DNA of 64,000 nt from IMGVR_UViG_3300043399_000877:317887-381886; one strand, 5' to 3'. Shown: positions 1 through 10,523, numbered from the stretch's first letter. The notes: generated by a model from the sequence alone, not told the origin. Program-made: numbers and translations.

Positions 1-260
1 ATTTGATTAAAAATGTCTTGGATATCATTAACATCAAAGTCACCGGATCTAAATTGAAAGTTGTTTTCAACCGGTGGATTATCGTATTCTTGTCTTTTTG
101 CAGGATCCCCTAACACATCATATGCAGCAGTTATTTCGGTAAACTTCGTATGGTCACCGCCACGGTCCGGGTGATGTTGCATGACTAGCTTTTTGTATGC
201 TCGTTTGATTTCTTCTTGGGTAGCGTTTTTTGGTACGCCCAGTGTATCATAATGGTTCAT
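1..260 (-). CDS. dnaJ: DnaJ-domain (J-domain) chaperone, runs off the window edge
   Basis: Manual translation from ATG at 260: MNHYDTLGVPKNATQEEIKRAYKKLVMQHHPDRGGD..., with the J-domain HPD motif. Not in the ORF track. Confidence 0.9.
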   Translation of the reverse strand, partial: MNHYDTLGVPKNATQEEIKRAYKKLVMQHHPDRGGDHTKFTEITAAYDVLGDPAKRQEYDNPPVENNFQFRSGDFDVNDIQDIFNQ

Positions 261-294
261 GCAGTATATATCTGCGGCAGTTTAGTTACGTGAT

Positions 295-639
295 TTATAT
301 TGAATAATCTTTACTTTCAAGTTTTTCTCTAGTACGACCATATGCCGTAATACCTAACACTGCGCCCATTGCCAAGTGAAAAAATCCACCACTTTTTAAT
401 GTTATAGGATCCCAGGCGATGGTTATGAGAGTTCCTTGGTATACTTGTAAGCTAGACCAAAATATTGGAAATACAATAAAGTCAAATAGTATTACCAACA
501 TGTAGACCCATGCCATCATAGGTCTCCATGTTGTATTAATAAAATTGCGGTTGGTGTTAGAAAGTATAGGCACCATAGCCTTTAACTTTTCTTTTTCACT
601 GTCTCCAGCTTCTGTGTCGTTGTATGTTTCGTTTTCCAT
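295..639 (-). CDS. Holin-like membrane protein (3TM/GTA-holin-like)
   Basis: WRPMMAWVY...FDF motif, hydrophobic segments and a C-terminal GxxAYGRTREK typical of this family. Confidence 0.6.
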   Translation of the reverse strand: MENETYNDTEAGDSEKEKLKAMVPILSNTNRNFINTTWRPMMAWVYMLVILFDFIVFPIFWSSLQVYQGTLITIAWDPITLKSGGFFHLAMGAVLGITAYGRTREKLESKDYSI

Positions 640-674
640 AGCATTTTCCGCCTGCTATGTATTTAAACCACTTC

Positions 675-1388
675 TTATATTCTTTTTAGTACAAGTAAAT
701 GATTTTTATTTTCGAAAACTAACTCTTTGCCGTATTTTGTGATGTTGTAATCACCAAAATATTTTGTTAAAAATATAACTTCACCGTAGTCATTTATGTT
801 TATATTTTCAGTAATAGCTGTCTGAATTTCCGCATATGGACCAAAATTTACAATTTCAAATTGAACAGGATCGGCCCATGCTTTTTTTACAGTAAGTGTA
901 TCGCCTTTTAAATTAATAGTTTCTAATGCGCTTTTATCAAAAAAGGTTTTAAAATTGTTAATACTTGACTCGTTGACTGAAGATGCATACTCATCTGCAG
1001 ACTTTGGAACCATCTTATCTAAATTTTCTCTATCAAGAACATAGCTCTTGAAATTTTTATAATAGCGGAACTTGAAAGGATTTATATTTGATAGTTTCCC
1101 GATTCCGTCCATGATGTTTAGTATGTTGTCTACAACATTAGAATCACGGTCTAATTCAATATAAACGCGGTGATCAGAACTGTCGTCGTTCACTGCGGCC
1201 ATGTCGGCATCAAGAACGAATTTATAGCCTTTTTCTACGAAGCTAACTAGGTCTTCTGCGGGCGCTTTTCCTTGTATTGAAAAGCTCATGACCACTACAT
1301 CCTTGTCGTCGCCCATTTTGCTTTTGTATGCGTCGATTTCAAAAACACCATTGATTAACGACTCAAGATCTCCCGGACGTAAACTCAT
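675..1388 (-). CDS. Conserved hypothetical phage protein
   Basis: 237-aa ORF coupled by an ATGA overlap to the upstream gene. Confidence 0.7.
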   Translation of the reverse strand: MSLRPGDLESLINGVFEIDAYKSKMGDDKDVVVMSFSIQGKAPAEDLVSFVEKGYKFVLDADMAAVNDDSSDHRVYIELDRDSNVVDNILNIMDGIGKLSNINPFKFRYYKNFKSYVLDRENLDKMVPKSADEYASSVNESSINNFKTFFDKSALETINLKGDTLTVKKAWADPVQFEIVNFGPYAEIQTAITENININDYGEVIFLTKYFGDYNITKYGKELVFENKNHLLVLKRI

Positions 1389-1930
1389 TGTGGAATTCCT
1401 CCCTGTTCCGGGGCAATCTCGGGTTGTGGTGCTGGTTCAGCTGCCTGTGCTTCAACTGGCATTTCTTGATCAACTCCTGGAGTATCTTCGGATTTTAGCT
1501 CTAAATCTTCAATCTCACTGTCATAAAAATCAGCTATGAGATTTTTTGGCATTTTTATTTCAACAACCCAAATTGGTTCAGCTTCCAATTTTCCTTTTTT
1601 TGTACCTGGTCTAAAATCATCCTTTGATTCTATTTTTTTAGGTTTTATAAAGTATGTTTTTTCATAAGTTACTTTGCAATCATAATCTGTTAACCGTTTG
1701 CCGCCCATGGGGTCTGGCATCTTGTCTTCTTTCCAGAAAAACTTGCAACTTATCCAGTGTCTGTCAATGTCCGGGCCAGCAGCCAACTCGCCTTCCATCC
1801 AATTTTTATAAACATAAAGATCGAGTTCGTCTAATACACGTTCAAAATCTTTCAATACATTAAATGCTGTATTGTTTTCATACATGTTTTCTATATTTTT
1901 TAAAACGTCTAAGACATCGAGATTACTCAT
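1385..1930 (-). CDS. Conserved hypothetical phage protein
   Basis: 181-aa ORF with an acidic Pro/Glu-rich tail. Confidence 0.7.
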   Translation of the reverse strand: MSNLDVLDVLKNIENMYENNTAFNVLKDFERVLDELDLYVYKNWMEGELAAGPDIDRHWISCKFFWKEDKMPDPMGGKRLTDYDCKVTYEKTYFIKPKKIESKDDFRPGTKKGKLEAEPIWVVEIKMPKNLIADFYDSEIEDLELKSEDTPGVDQEMPVEAQAAEPAPQPEIAPEQGGIPQ

Positions 1931-1942
1931 TGGGGCACCTTA

Positions 1943-2419
1943 TTAAATATTTTCTTCGGTTGACGGGGCAGGATCTTGTGGTGGCGGATCTAATACTAAT
2001 TCTGGAAACACGGGCCCTAGTTCTGTTACAGCCTCGTTTGTGGCTGGTTCAGGTGGTGGTGGAGCGACAACTTCAACAGGGTCGACGTTGTCATTTTTCC
2101 ACGGAAGATCTCTTACTTCTATGGGTGCAGTAGCCTGCGCTGAAACTTTGTCTGATACTACAGCTTCAAGCTCAAGTTTTTGTTCTGCGCCCAACGACGA
2201 AAATAACCATCCAAGAACAATATCTTCAGTTAAATTTTCATATTCTATAAAATTTTCTGCAGTTGGGTCAAACCCCAATTCTCTCGTTGACTGGTAACTC
2301 GCACTATACTGATCTAATGTTGCAGTAAGCGAGTAATAAATCCGGTAAACTACATTGGTTTTGGTTTCGAAAACTCTTATGCATTCGAGTTTTTCAATTT
2401 TCCAAACAATATTTATCAT
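1943..2419 (-). CDS. Hypothetical protein, possibly tail-associated
   Basis: 158 aa; SD GGAG and TAAATA box upstream; Pro-rich C-terminus. Confidence 0.6.
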   Translation of the reverse strand: MINIVWKIEKLECIRVFETKTNVVYRIYYSLTATLDQYSASYQSTRELGFDPTAENFIEYENLTEDIVLGWLFSSLGAEQKLELEAVVSDKVSAQATAPIEVRDLPWKNDNVDPVEVVAPPPPEPATNEAVTELGPVFPELVLDPPPQDPAPSTEENI

Positions 2420-2559
2420 GTTATCTCCATTGCTAGTATATCTTATTTATCATAAATCCAATATACGTGCTTTAACTTAGGGGACCGGAGGTAAATAATA
2501 GTGCAGGGATTGGCTCTGCAAAGATGCTAAACCCTGATTAGATACCTTAGGAGGACTTA

Positions 2560-3291
2560 ATGGGTGCTAAGAAAGCCAGACGGCCATTAACCAATAACAA
2601 CACTAGTAACACTAATGTTGTAAAAATCAATAGTTATCTTCCAAAAAAGAGTCGAGATGTTAACATTTTACCTCGTAATAGAAGTCAAGAAACTTATATC
2701 CTAAAACTGTTGGATCCGGGTAAAGACATTGTCTTTGGGATTGGTCCAGCGGGAACCGGTAAGACTATGCTAGCCTGCCAGGTGGGAGTAAAATTGTTTC
2801 TAGAGGGGCAAATTGACCGCATCGTTGTTACACGTCCAGCAGTAAGTGCTGACGAAGATCTCGGATTTTTACCCGGGACACTGGAACAAAAGATGGCTCC
2901 TTGGACAAGACCTATTTTCGATGTGTTTAGAGAATACTTTTACGCAAACGAAATTGAGGGAATGATCCAGGAAGGCGTTATTGAAATTTCTCCATTAGCT
3001 TACATGCGTGGACGAACATTTAAGGATGCGTTTATTATCGCAGACGAAATGCAAAACGCGACACCCAACCAGATGAAGATGCTACTTACAAGAATCGGTA
3101 CCGGTTCAAAAATGGTTGTAACCGGCGACCTTGCTCAAGCAGACCGTCTTAAAGACAACGGTTTGATTGACTTCGTAAGCCATTTACGTGACTTTGAAGC
3201 TAACAGGATTGATGTTGTAAACTTCAGCCAACGCGATATCGAACGTCACGAAGCTGTAAAAGAAGTCCTCCAAGTATACGGAGACGAATAA
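2560..3291 (+). CDS. phoH: PhoH-like ATPase
   Basis: GPAGTGKT Walker A, LGFLPG, AYMRGRT, DEMQN and GDLAQ motifs. Confidence 0.95.
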   Translation: MGAKKARRPLTNNNTSNTNVVKINSYLPKKSRDVNILPRNRSQETYILKLLDPGKDIVFGIGPAGTGKTMLACQVGVKLFLEGQIDRIVVTRPAVSADEDLGFLPGTLEQKMAPWTRPIFDVFREYFYANEIEGMIQEGVIEISPLAYMRGRTFKDAFIIADEMQNATPNQMKMLLTRIGTGSKMVVTGDLAQADRLKDNGLIDFVSHLRDFEANRIDVVNFSQRDIERHEAVKEVLQVYGDE

Positions 3292-3315
3292 TTAAGGGGG
3301 CGCAAGCCCCCTTAA
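3292..3315. terminator. Bidirectional intrinsic terminator between convergent genes
   Basis: ttaagggggc-gcaa-gcccccttaa perfect hairpin with a GCAA loop. Confidence 0.85.
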
Positions 3316-3552
3316 TTACATTAACTCCAACATAGTTGAATATTTTTCGTCACTAAACCAAAGCAGAACTTGCAAGTGATTTGTGTGCCAATATACGGTT
3401 GAGTCGTTATTGAGTTTTTTGCACTTTGAAAGAACGTTCTGCATGTAAAGGCTCATTTCCCAACCTTTTTGAAAATCCCGCTTTACCGTAGGCGCCCCCA
3501 GCTTCATTTGTTCTTTAACAGTGAGGTCTGTAATTGATACCAAAAACATCAA
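3316..3552 (-). CDS. Small hypothetical protein, possible distant member of the 33-36 kb family
   Basis: Ends LLWFSDEKYSTMLELM. Confidence 0.55.
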   Translation of the reverse strand: MMFLVSITDLTVKEQMKLGAPTVKRDFQKGWEMSLYMQNVLSKCKKLNNDSTVYWHTNHLQVLLWFSDEKYSTMLELM

Positions 3553-3824
3553 AATTTTCCGTAATAATATATCCCTGATTTGGCCACTGGGGGTCTGGGA
3601 TTTAATTTTGGAGTCTTCATCATATAAACAACGTATTCTTTTTCATTCATTATTTTATTGTCATACCGGACTATACCAAAAGGTCCAGAATTTCTAATAG
3701 ATACCCGCCAATAATCCCGAAACCATAGCCATTTTCCACTGGTGGTTTTAGTGGGGAACCATGCATATTTTTTACTTTCTGTTGAATGTGGCTGCGGTTG
3801 GTACCCGTAATTTGCTCCCATCAT
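3549..3824 (-). CDS. Hypothetical protein
   Basis: 91-aa ORF overlapping both neighbours; [15 protein letters not shown] segment. Confidence 0.6.
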   Translation of the reverse strand: MMGANYGYQPQPHSTESKKYAWFPTKTTSGKWLWFRDYWRVSIRNSGPFGIVRYDNKIMNEKEYVVYMMKTPKLNPRPPVAKSGIYYYGKF

Positions 3825-4687
3825 ACTGCCATATCTGCTTTAATAGTTTCTTGTGGGTTGTAGTTTTCTAAACGATAGTCTTCGGGCTTTGTTTGGGTTA
3901 ACTCATCTAAAGTTTTAAATTCCGGCATCACGAGTGTGGGGCCACGGTCCGGAGTTCTAGTTAGTTGCAGTTTTACGGCATCAAAATGATTCTGATAAAT
4001 GTGGCAATCTCCGCCAGTCCAAACAAAATCTCCAACTTTTAAGTTTAGCATCTGCGCAAACATATGCGTGAGCAATGAATAAGATGCAATGTTAAATGGC
4101 ACACCCAAGAACATATCTGCACTTCTCTGATACAATTGGCAACTTAGTTCATCACCTTGTACATGGAATTGGAAAAGAGTGTGACACGGTGGCAATGCCA
4201 TAACCGGAACTTGATCAGCATTCCAGGCACTTACAATGTGGCGTCTGCCATATGGATCATAATGTAGCCCTTCGAGCACCTGGGCTATTTGGTCAACGTA
4301 ACCAATCTTTGCATCCCAGCTTCTCCATTGATGACCATATACCGGTCCGAGGTCTTTAACAGTGTCTGTATTTTTGTAACCAAGATCCCGGCCCTGTCTG
4401 TCTGCATTTGCAGTCCAAATGGTAGTTTTACCCACCAATTCTTCTCTAGGCTTCCCGTAATGTATTTCTGCAAGACGGCGTTCGTCAGTGCTACCTTCTA
4501 AAAACCACAGCAATTCACTTACAACAGACCGCCAGGCAAGCTTTTTGGTAGTAACAGCCGGAAATGTATCTCGCAAATCAAATCTCATTTGATAACCAAA
4601 AACGCCGCGTGTTCCTACACCGGTTCGGTCGTCACGATCGTTACCATGAGTTAAGATGTGTTCTAGTGCATCCATATATTGTTTCAT
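3821..4687 (-). CDS. thyA: Thymidylate synthase
   Basis: [29 protein letters not shown] and [18 protein letters not shown] motifs. Confidence 0.98.
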   Translation of the reverse strand: MKQYMDALEHILTHGNDRDDRTGVGTRGVFGYQMRFDLRDTFPAVTTKKLAWRSVVSELLWFLEGSTDERRLAEIHYGKPREELVGKTTIWTANADRQGRDLGYKNTDTVKDLGPVYGHQWRSWDAKIGYVDQIAQVLEGLHYDPYGRRHIVSAWNADQVPVMALPPCHTLFQFHVQGDELSCQLYQRSADMFLGVPFNIASYSLLTHMFAQMLNLKVGDFVWTGGDCHIYQNHFDAVKLQLTRTPDRGPTLVMPEFKTLDELTQTKPEDYRLENYNPQETIKADMAV

Positions 4688-5151
4688 TTTTTTCTTTTAG
4701 TCCATTTGGTAATTAGCCCAAAGTCTGTAGACTGAGTGCTTGACGGTTCAAATAATTCGGTTATTTTTTGTTTTGGTAAGAATGTATCGCATTCGTACAC
4801 ACCGCCCACGTTGTTTAACCATAATTCCCCTATCATGTCTAAACAACTTTCAATCAATCCGGCACCGCCTATAATAAAAATCGGCTGTTCAATTAGAGTA
4901 TACATCGACCTAAACTCGGGGAGAGTATAGCACTCTACTCCGGGAATTGGTCGATTTGTAATTACTATATTACGTCTCTTCGGCAAGGGTTTGGGCATAC
5001 CGCCGTCCCAAGTACCACGGCCCATAACCACTGCGGTTCCTAGAGTGGTCTTTTTAAACCACTCTAGATCTGCGGAATTTTTTGGCCAAGGAAGTTCACC
5101 GTTTTTTCCTATGCCCCAATATGCATCATGTGCGAGTATGGCTCTGATCAT
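4684..5151 (-). CDS. folA: Dihydrofolate reductase
   Basis: [30 protein letters not shown] and IIGG motifs. Confidence 0.95.
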   Translation of the reverse strand: MIRAILAHDAYWGIGKNGELPWPKNSADLEWFKKTTLGTAVVMGRGTWDGGMPKPLPKRRNIVITNRPIPGVECYTLPEFRSMYTLIEQPIFIIGGAGLIESCLDMIGELWLNNVGGVYECDTFLPKQKITELFEPSSTQSTDFGLITKWTKRKK

Positions 5152-5159
5152 TTGTAACC

Positions 5160-6074
5160 TTACATATTTGCAAGTTTGATAAGAGTGGCTGCCAAATTTA
5201 TTTCTGGATCAACAACCAATGCGTGGTCAACAAGACCTTGTTTTATAATCAAAATTGCGTTATCTTGTTTCTTTTCATCACCGAATATTTCTATATTGTC
5301 GTATAACCAACGATATATTTCTTCCATTTCTTCATTTCGAACTCGACCGCACAGCAGCTTTCTTGCTTCGGAAATTTTTCCGGCTTTGAACAGGTCAACC
5401 ATTGATATTTTCCAATCATCCTCACCGCCATCACTTTCGTTTGCAGCTATGAGATTGCCGTCTTGAGTGTTCATTTGAACCATGTTAATGCACTTTCTCA
5501 AGTCTGGATAGGTGGCTTTAACATAGGTATCCAAAACGTCTAAGTCAAAAGTTACATTTTCGCTTATCAATATCTCAGCAACCCGGGCAGTAAATTCAGT
5601 TTGATCTACTTTGGAAATATGAAACCCTTGACAGCGACTATGGATGGCTGGAATTATGCGGTTTGGATAGTTGCAAGTAAGCACAAATCTCGCAGTGCTG
5701 TGATATTCCTCCATCACACCACGCAGTGCTGCTTGGGCGTTGGGTGACAGATAATCGGCTTCGTCTAATAGTACTACTTTGAATTCACCGAACGGTATCA
5801 TTCTTACAAAAGTAACTATGCGATCCCGGACTTCTTCAACACCGTTTGTACGGCTTGCGTTTATTTCTAGGATATCCAAAGGATTTATGTCAAGTTCGTT
5901 AAACAGCAGCTTTGCAAGTGTGGTTTTTCCGACACCCGCGTTTCCGCTGAATAGTAAATGTGGAATACTTTTTTCTTTAATCCACTGTGCAATCTGATTT
6001 CGCTGAACGTCGTCTCTAAAGACGTACCCGTCAACAGTTTTTGGCCTATATTTTTCTGTCCAAAGTTCACGCAT
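5160..6074 (-). CDS. Clamp loader small subunit (RFC/T4 gp44-like AAA+)
   Basis: LWTEKYRP, GNAGVGKTT, LDEADYL and SRC motifs. Confidence 0.92.
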   Translation of the reverse strand: MRELWTEKYRPKTVDGYVFRDDVQRNQIAQWIKEKSIPHLLFSGNAGVGKTTLAKLLFNELDINPLDILEINASRTNGVEEVRDRIVTFVRMIPFGEFKVVLLDEADYLSPNAQAALRGVMEEYHSTARFVLTCNYPNRIIPAIHSRCQGFHISKVDQTEFTARVAEILISENVTFDLDVLDTYVKATYPDLRKCINMVQMNTQDGNLIAANESDGGEDDWKISMVDLFKAGKISEARKLLCGRVRNEEMEEIYRWLYDNIEIFGDEKKQDNAILIIKQGLVDHALVVDPEINLAATLIKLANM

Positions 6075-6076
6075 TA

Positions 6077-6508
6077 TTAATCCTTTGTCTGTGTTTTTTT
6101 CATATTTTCAAGTAATTCATACTGTTCCACAAGCTTGTCGTAACGTTCGTATGAGTGCTCTTTTAATTCAGGATACTTATGATTTAGGTAACCGTTTGAT
6201 TTATCCAAACGAACTCTTACCGACTTGTAATACGAGTCATGTGGATTTTCTGTAAAATCCACAAATGGTACAGTTTTAGAATCTTCCCGTAACCGTACGT
6301 CGATGTATCGTTTGATTGATACCATCCTACCATCACCCTTGCAGTGCTCACACGAGTGCCTAGTGGTCTCGTAGTCACCTCGGTGATAATCTACGAGCTC
6401 TTCAGTTGTGTAAAAACCAGTCCCCCCACACCTACTACAAAGAGTGATGGTTCTGTCTTCTTTAAAAGTAAAATAGCTGCTGGATAACAGGTCTTCAAAG
6501 TCTCTCAA
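6077..6508 (-). CDS. Hypothetical protein with DnaJ-type zinc-finger repeats
   Basis: CSRCGGTG and CEHCKGDG. Confidence 0.6.
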   Translation of the reverse strand: MRDFEDLLSSSYFTFKEDRTITLCSRCGGTGFYTTEELVDYHRGDYETTRHSCEHCKGDGRMVSIKRYIDVRLREDSKTVPFVDFTENPHDSYYKSVRVRLDKSNGYLNHKYPELKEHSYERYDKLVEQYELLENMKKTQTKD

Positions 6509-6513
6509 ACAAG

Positions 6514-6993
6514 TTAGCCCTTATCTTCGATGTATTCTGGCTCATCTGGCATAGTCCACGGAAAACTTTCTATAGGTACTCGACTGTTTTTTGATGTATA
6601 GTAAGATTTAAACGGTTTCCCGTCGTCTATATCATCGCTTGAATACCATTCCCAGAATACCCGCCCACTGCCCCAATATGCTCCGTTGCGATCTTTAAAC
6701 ACATCGCTAGCTCGTCGATTTTGGTATACCGGGAACCCTTCGTCGTCGTCATAAACATGGTTCCATTCTGAATCGTCGCCTGTTAATGGCGTTAACGGCT
6801 TAAAGGATAGCACTCGTTTTAAGATGTTCAACGCATAGTTTGCACTAAACCCACTGTGACCCTCGTCGCTAAAAGCACGAACCATTTGCATAATATGCTC
6901 TCGCATGTGATAGTCCATGCTTTCACCGGTGGGGTCATTTTTTCCAAGACCAATAATATCCAGCTCTTGTTCTGCGTATTTTATCAAACTCAT
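6514..6993 (-). CDS. Conserved hypothetical phage protein
   Basis: FSDEGHSGFSA...KPLTPLTGDDSEW motif. Confidence 0.65.
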   Translation of the reverse strand: MSLIKYAEQELDIIGLGKNDPTGESMDYHMREHIMQMVRAFSDEGHSGFSANYALNILKRVLSFKPLTPLTGDDSEWNHVYDDDEGFPVYQNRRASDVFKDRNGAYWGSGRVFWEWYSSDDIDDGKPFKSYYTSKNSRVPIESFPWTMPDEPEYIEDKG

Positions 6994-7235
6994 TCTTTTT
7001 GGTCTCCCTTCTCGAATTTTTTAGCGTATTCTGCTGCGCCCAAGTTAATAAGCATTTCGATGTGCTTTGGGTCAAAGTTCCATGCCGGTTCAACCATATT
7101 GGCTAAATTATATCCGTGCCGGTGACCGCATCGGCCATGATACAGCGCATATCCAGCACCATGACGTTCAATGGTATATTTTGCTTCGCACTTGCAGGAT
7201 TCAAAAAGTGCAAAAATACTATCAACTTCACTCAT
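6990..7235 (-). CDS. Hypothetical protein
   Basis: 81-aa ORF with ATGA coupling. Confidence 0.55.
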   Translation of the reverse strand: MSEVDSIFALFESCKCEAKYTIERHGAGYALYHGRCGHRHGYNLANMVEPAWNFDPKHIEMLINLGAAEYAKKFEKGDQKE

Positions 7236-7504
7236 TTTATGTCCAAACTACTCCACTTTTTAAGTTTTTCCCTTTTTAAAGCTATTCTTTGGTGGATCTC
7301 ATCTTCAGTAAACAAGCCCCATTCGACCATGAGCTCTATCATACATGCAACGTCTCCGGCTTCTTCAATAAGTTTTTCACGACGCTCACCAGTCACGTCT
7401 TCGACTTTATCAAATTTTCTAGAAACTTTTATACAGGCTTGAGTGAGTTCACCACATTCTTCTGCACTGATAGCCATTAGTTCGTGTAGTTTATTCGTAA
7501 TCAT
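7232..7504 (-). CDS. MazG-like NTP pyrophosphohydrolase domain protein
   Basis: EECGELTQACIK...EEAGDV motif. Confidence 0.8.
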   Translation of the reverse strand: MITNKLHELMAISAEECGELTQACIKVSRKFDKVEDVTGERREKLIEEAGDVACMIELMVEWGLFTEDEIHQRIALKREKLKKWSSLDIK

Positions 7505-7733
7505 ATTCGTTCACCTGTTCAAAATTTAGTTTGTATAATTTTCCTTCCTTATCACGGTAAAACAGTTTTTGAGAGGGTTCGTCCCAGGCCATGTGCCCAT
7601 TTTGCACAGATTTGAGGAATCTACGAATAGTGTTCTTTTCTCTTCCCTGCTCGATGACTCCCATAATTGTACGCCGATAAAACTTTACCGACTGCTGTGA
7701 GTTGCCTACAAATATTTGACCATCAAACTTCAC
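7491..7733 (-). CDS. Hypothetical protein
   Basis: 80-aa ORF in a tightly packed run. Confidence 0.5.
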   Translation of the reverse strand: MKFDGQIFVGNSQQSVKFYRRTIMGVIEQGREKNTIRRFLKSVQNGHMAWDEPSQKLFYRDKEGKLYKLNFEQVNEYDYE

Positions 7734-8266
7734 TTCTTAATACCCAGCTGGTTATAAGCTATTTGTACAGCTTTTGCTTGATAATATGCGTCAGCAAGTG
7801 CATTGTGTAAATCGGACTGCATGCTTTTGCGTGGGTCTTCAGGAAGAAGTGAAATCAGTGTGCGGCTATCGCGTATTCTCCAAAAGTCCCAGGGAAATGG
7901 CGTTTTAGTTTGGCGGTAAATGTCTTCTAATATGGTTATATCGAATCCATAACCTTGCGCCCAGATAACATCCGCGCCGACCACATAACGGTTTATTTGT
8001 GCGAGAGTTGAAGTTATTGATTCCCTTCCGTCTTCGCTAAAAGCGTCTTCTTGTATTTTGGGATCTTGCTGACCCCACCATTCAATAGTGCTGTCGCTAA
8101 CTGAACGCCCTAACCGATCTTGTTCGTCAAGATCTAATTTTATGTATAATTCGCTGTGCGGATCGTTAAATGTAAACGGATCAAATTTTACTGCACCCAA
8201 TGTGAGTACCGATGCGCTTGGCTTGGTATCCAGTGTTTCCAAGTCGATCATTACGTGTGTTGCCAA
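7730..8266 (-). CDS. 3'-5' exonuclease (DEDDh, Rv2179c/exonuclease VIII-like)
   Basis: HVMIDLETL, FDITIL, RDSRT and HNALADA motifs. Confidence 0.88.
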   Translation of the reverse strand: MATHVMIDLETLDTKPSASVLTLGAVKFDPFTFNDPHSELYIKLDLDEQDRLGRSVSDSTIEWWGQQDPKIQEDAFSEDGRESITSTLAQINRYVVGADVIWAQGYGFDITILEDIYRQTKTPFPWDFWRIRDSRTLISLLPEDPRKSMQSDLHNALADAYYQAKAVQIAYNQLGIKK

Positions 8267-8327
8267 AAGAAAACTCCTTGCTAATTTGTTTTATAATAAC
8301 ACAAATCAACAAGGAGTCAAAGTTTTT

Positions 8328-8594
8328 TTAAGGACGCATCGGGTACATTCCAACAAGCGCAATCTGTTTTACTGGCTTGTTAGGATCCCAGGGAAGTGGG
8401 TGCCCGTTTTCGTCACGTGGGCGGAAATCTGGGATAGCAAAGTTTGATCTCGGATCTCCACCGTACCGGTTCCCCAGTAACGAATAAAGTGCAGCAAATT
8501 GATTAATTGGCAGCAAGCGCCCGTCGCAAATTGCCCAACCTTGCATTTCCCAGTTAAACGCTGTTTCTATAAGTTGTCCTATAATTGGATCCAT
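8328..8594 (-). CDS. Stand-alone phage tail collar domain protein
   Basis: IGQL...GWAICDGRLLPINQFAALYSLLGNRYGGD...FAIPDFR. Confidence 0.85.
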   Translation of the reverse strand: MDPIIGQLIETAFNWEMQGWAICDGRLLPINQFAALYSLLGNRYGGDPRSNFAIPDFRPRDENGHPLPWDPNKPVKQIALVGMYPMRP

Positions 8595-8602
8595 AATTTT
8601 CC

Positions 8603-9286
8603 TTATTCTCTGTTCCCTAGAAGGCTTAACAACATTTGGAACAGATTAATGAAGTTAAGATACAGGTTAAGAGCCATTTCGATTGCAAACTTGGCAGTTT
8701 GTTCAGAATCCAATTGGCCGCTGACAAACACACTCTTTGCATGTTGTGTGTCATAGGCTGTTAGCCCTGTAAAGATCAAGACACCAACAACACTAACTGC
8801 AAATTGCAGTGCCGTAGAAGCCAAGAATATGTTCACAATACTGGCAATCACTATGCCTATCAAACCAATCAGCAAGAAACTACCCCATCCACTGAGGTCC
8901 TTTTTGGTAGTGTATCCGTATAGGCTAGCACTAGCGAAGGTTGCAGCCGTGATGAAAAACACCTGTGCAATACTAGTGGCTGTGTATATGGCGAAGATAG
9001 TACTTAAACTGACTCCCATTAGTGCCGTAAACGCAAAGTAAAATAACCTTGTGGTTTCAAAACTCCAGTTTCGACCAGCAAAGCTGTATAGTAATATTAG
9101 ACCCAACGGTGCAAACACAAATAACCACATAAGTGGCCCCATACTTGCCATCAATCCGCTGGCATAAGTAAAGTATGCGATTGCCCCACTGACTGCCAGA
9201 CCGACAGCAGTATAGTTGTATAGGGCAAGCATAAAGGTTCGGAGCGCATCGTCATAGATTGCTCCGGTTAGTACACGAGTATTCAT
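8603..9286 (-). CDS. Bax inhibitor-1/YccA family membrane protein
   Basis: About seven hydrophobic helices; YGYTTKKDLS, GLTAYDTQ and ALNLYLNFINLF motifs. Confidence 0.92.
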   Translation of the reverse strand: MNTRVLTGAIYDDALRTFMLALYNYTAVGLAVSGAIAYFTYASGLMASMGPLMWLFVFAPLGLILLYSFAGRNWSFETTRLFYFAFTALMGVSLSTIFAIYTATSIAQVFFITAATFASASLYGYTTKKDLSGWGSFLLIGLIGIVIASIVNIFLASTALQFAVSVVGVLIFTGLTAYDTQHAKSVFVSGQLDSEQTAKFAIEMALNLYLNFINLFQMLLSLLGNRE

Positions 9287-9687
9287 AAGTCACCCTCCTT
9301 GCGATTTTCACTGTAATAAACGTCAAACTGTCCGCCCGGATAACGGGCCTCGAGCTTGCGAACATTTTCGGCAATCACTTCATTCGGATCAACGCCGATT
9401 GCGCGACAAGCGTTAACCCAATACCAAGCAATGTCACCAAGTTCACGTTTCATATGGAAGATGGTTTCTTCATTAAGCGGTTTTCCTTGGAATACACACT
9501 TCTTGATAATCTCGTCAAATTCACCGCCTTCACTGGCTAAGCCGATGCCGCCGGTCATCAGCAGTGAAATATTTACTGTTTGGTTTAGTTCACGAAGTCT
9601 GTTTATTAGAACTTCTAGGTCATTTGATGAATCGCTAGTGACTTCTTTCACAAAATCGCGATATCTGTTTAAGTCTATTTGTGTCAA
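9283..9687 (-). CDS. MazG-like NTP pyrophosphohydrolase
   Basis: GLASEGGEF...KRELGDIAWY...NVRKLEARYP. Confidence 0.85.
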   Translation of the reverse strand: MTQIDLNRYRDFVKEVTSDSSNDLEVLINRLRELNQTVNISLLMTGGIGLASEGGEFDEIIKKCVFQGKPLNEETIFHMKRELGDIAWYWVNACRAIGVDPNEVIAENVRKLEARYPGGQFDVYYSENRKEGDL

Positions 9688-9690
9688 GTT

Positions 9691-10089
9691 TTACCCTCTT
9701 GCAAAAGATTCTGGAGTTACAGTGTCTGCCTGGAAGTCAGCAACACTGCTGCGTCCGATAAGCACACCTTCTGGTTTCGTGTCGCTATACATTAGTATGC
9801 TGGAATTTTCAACCATTCTAACTTCTACGGTTTCAGTATCGGTTTTCATTTTAAAAGCACGGGTCCATCTTCCGTGTTCGATAAGAATCCAGTCACCTAC
9901 CTGATATGGGTCTGTGTTTTCCGGACCTTTTGCATACACACGACCCCAACGTGGATATATCCCACGGACGTTTCCATCGTCGTTGGTTATAATTAATCCA
10001 GCAGCAGTCTTTTGTTCTCCAAAATACATGTCACTTACTATAACACGGTCGCGTATTGGTGTCAAATTGCCTTCAATATAACTTGTCAT
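9691..10089 (-). CDS. GroES-like co-chaperonin
   Basis: PIRDRVIV...KTAAGLII...VGDWIL. Confidence 0.85.
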   Translation of the reverse strand: MTSYIEGNLTPIRDRVIVSDMYFGEQKTAAGLIITNDDGNVRGIYPRWGRVYAKGPENTDPYQVGDWILIEHGRWTRAFKMKTDTETVEVRMVENSSILMYSDTKPEGVLIGRSSVADFQADTVTPESFARG

Positions 10090-10523
10090 ATTTTAACTTT
10101 ACCCTCGTTTATTAACCTAGTTCTATTCTTTTCGTGTAGTTGCCTTAGATCTTCTTTGCTTTCGCCATTGTACTTGACTGCAAAGCCTTCTGATATTAAA
10201 ATTTCAGAAAGTGTTTTTTGGTTTTCTGGTAACTTGAAATCTGCAAGTATCCTACCAAATTTTTCTTTTAAATCTGTTTTAGTACCTGATATATGTGTTG
10301 TGATAATATATTGCTCGCCGATCAGTAGTAAACTCTCGACTCTTGATTTTGCTGCTAGACCAAAAATTTTTTCTACGGGATCTGAAGTACGAGATTCCGG
10401 AGTATCTATATTATAAATTCTAAGTCGCTGGTTTCTTAACCAGACGTCAAAGCCCAAATCGATGTCCACATCCACAGTGTCGCCGTCAATTATTTTTTTG
10501 ATAACACACTTATACGTATACAT
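10086..10523 (-). CDS. Thermonuclease (SNase-like)
   Basis: IIDGDTVDVDIDLGF, IDTPESRT and KFGRILA motifs. Confidence 0.88.
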   Translation of the reverse strand: MYTYKCVIKKIIDGDTVDVDIDLGFDVWLRNQRLRIYNIDTPESRTSDPVEKIFGLAAKSRVESLLLIGEQYIITTHISGTKTDLKEKFGRILADFKLPENQKTLSEILISEGFAVKYNGESKEDLRQLHEKNRTRLINEGKVKI

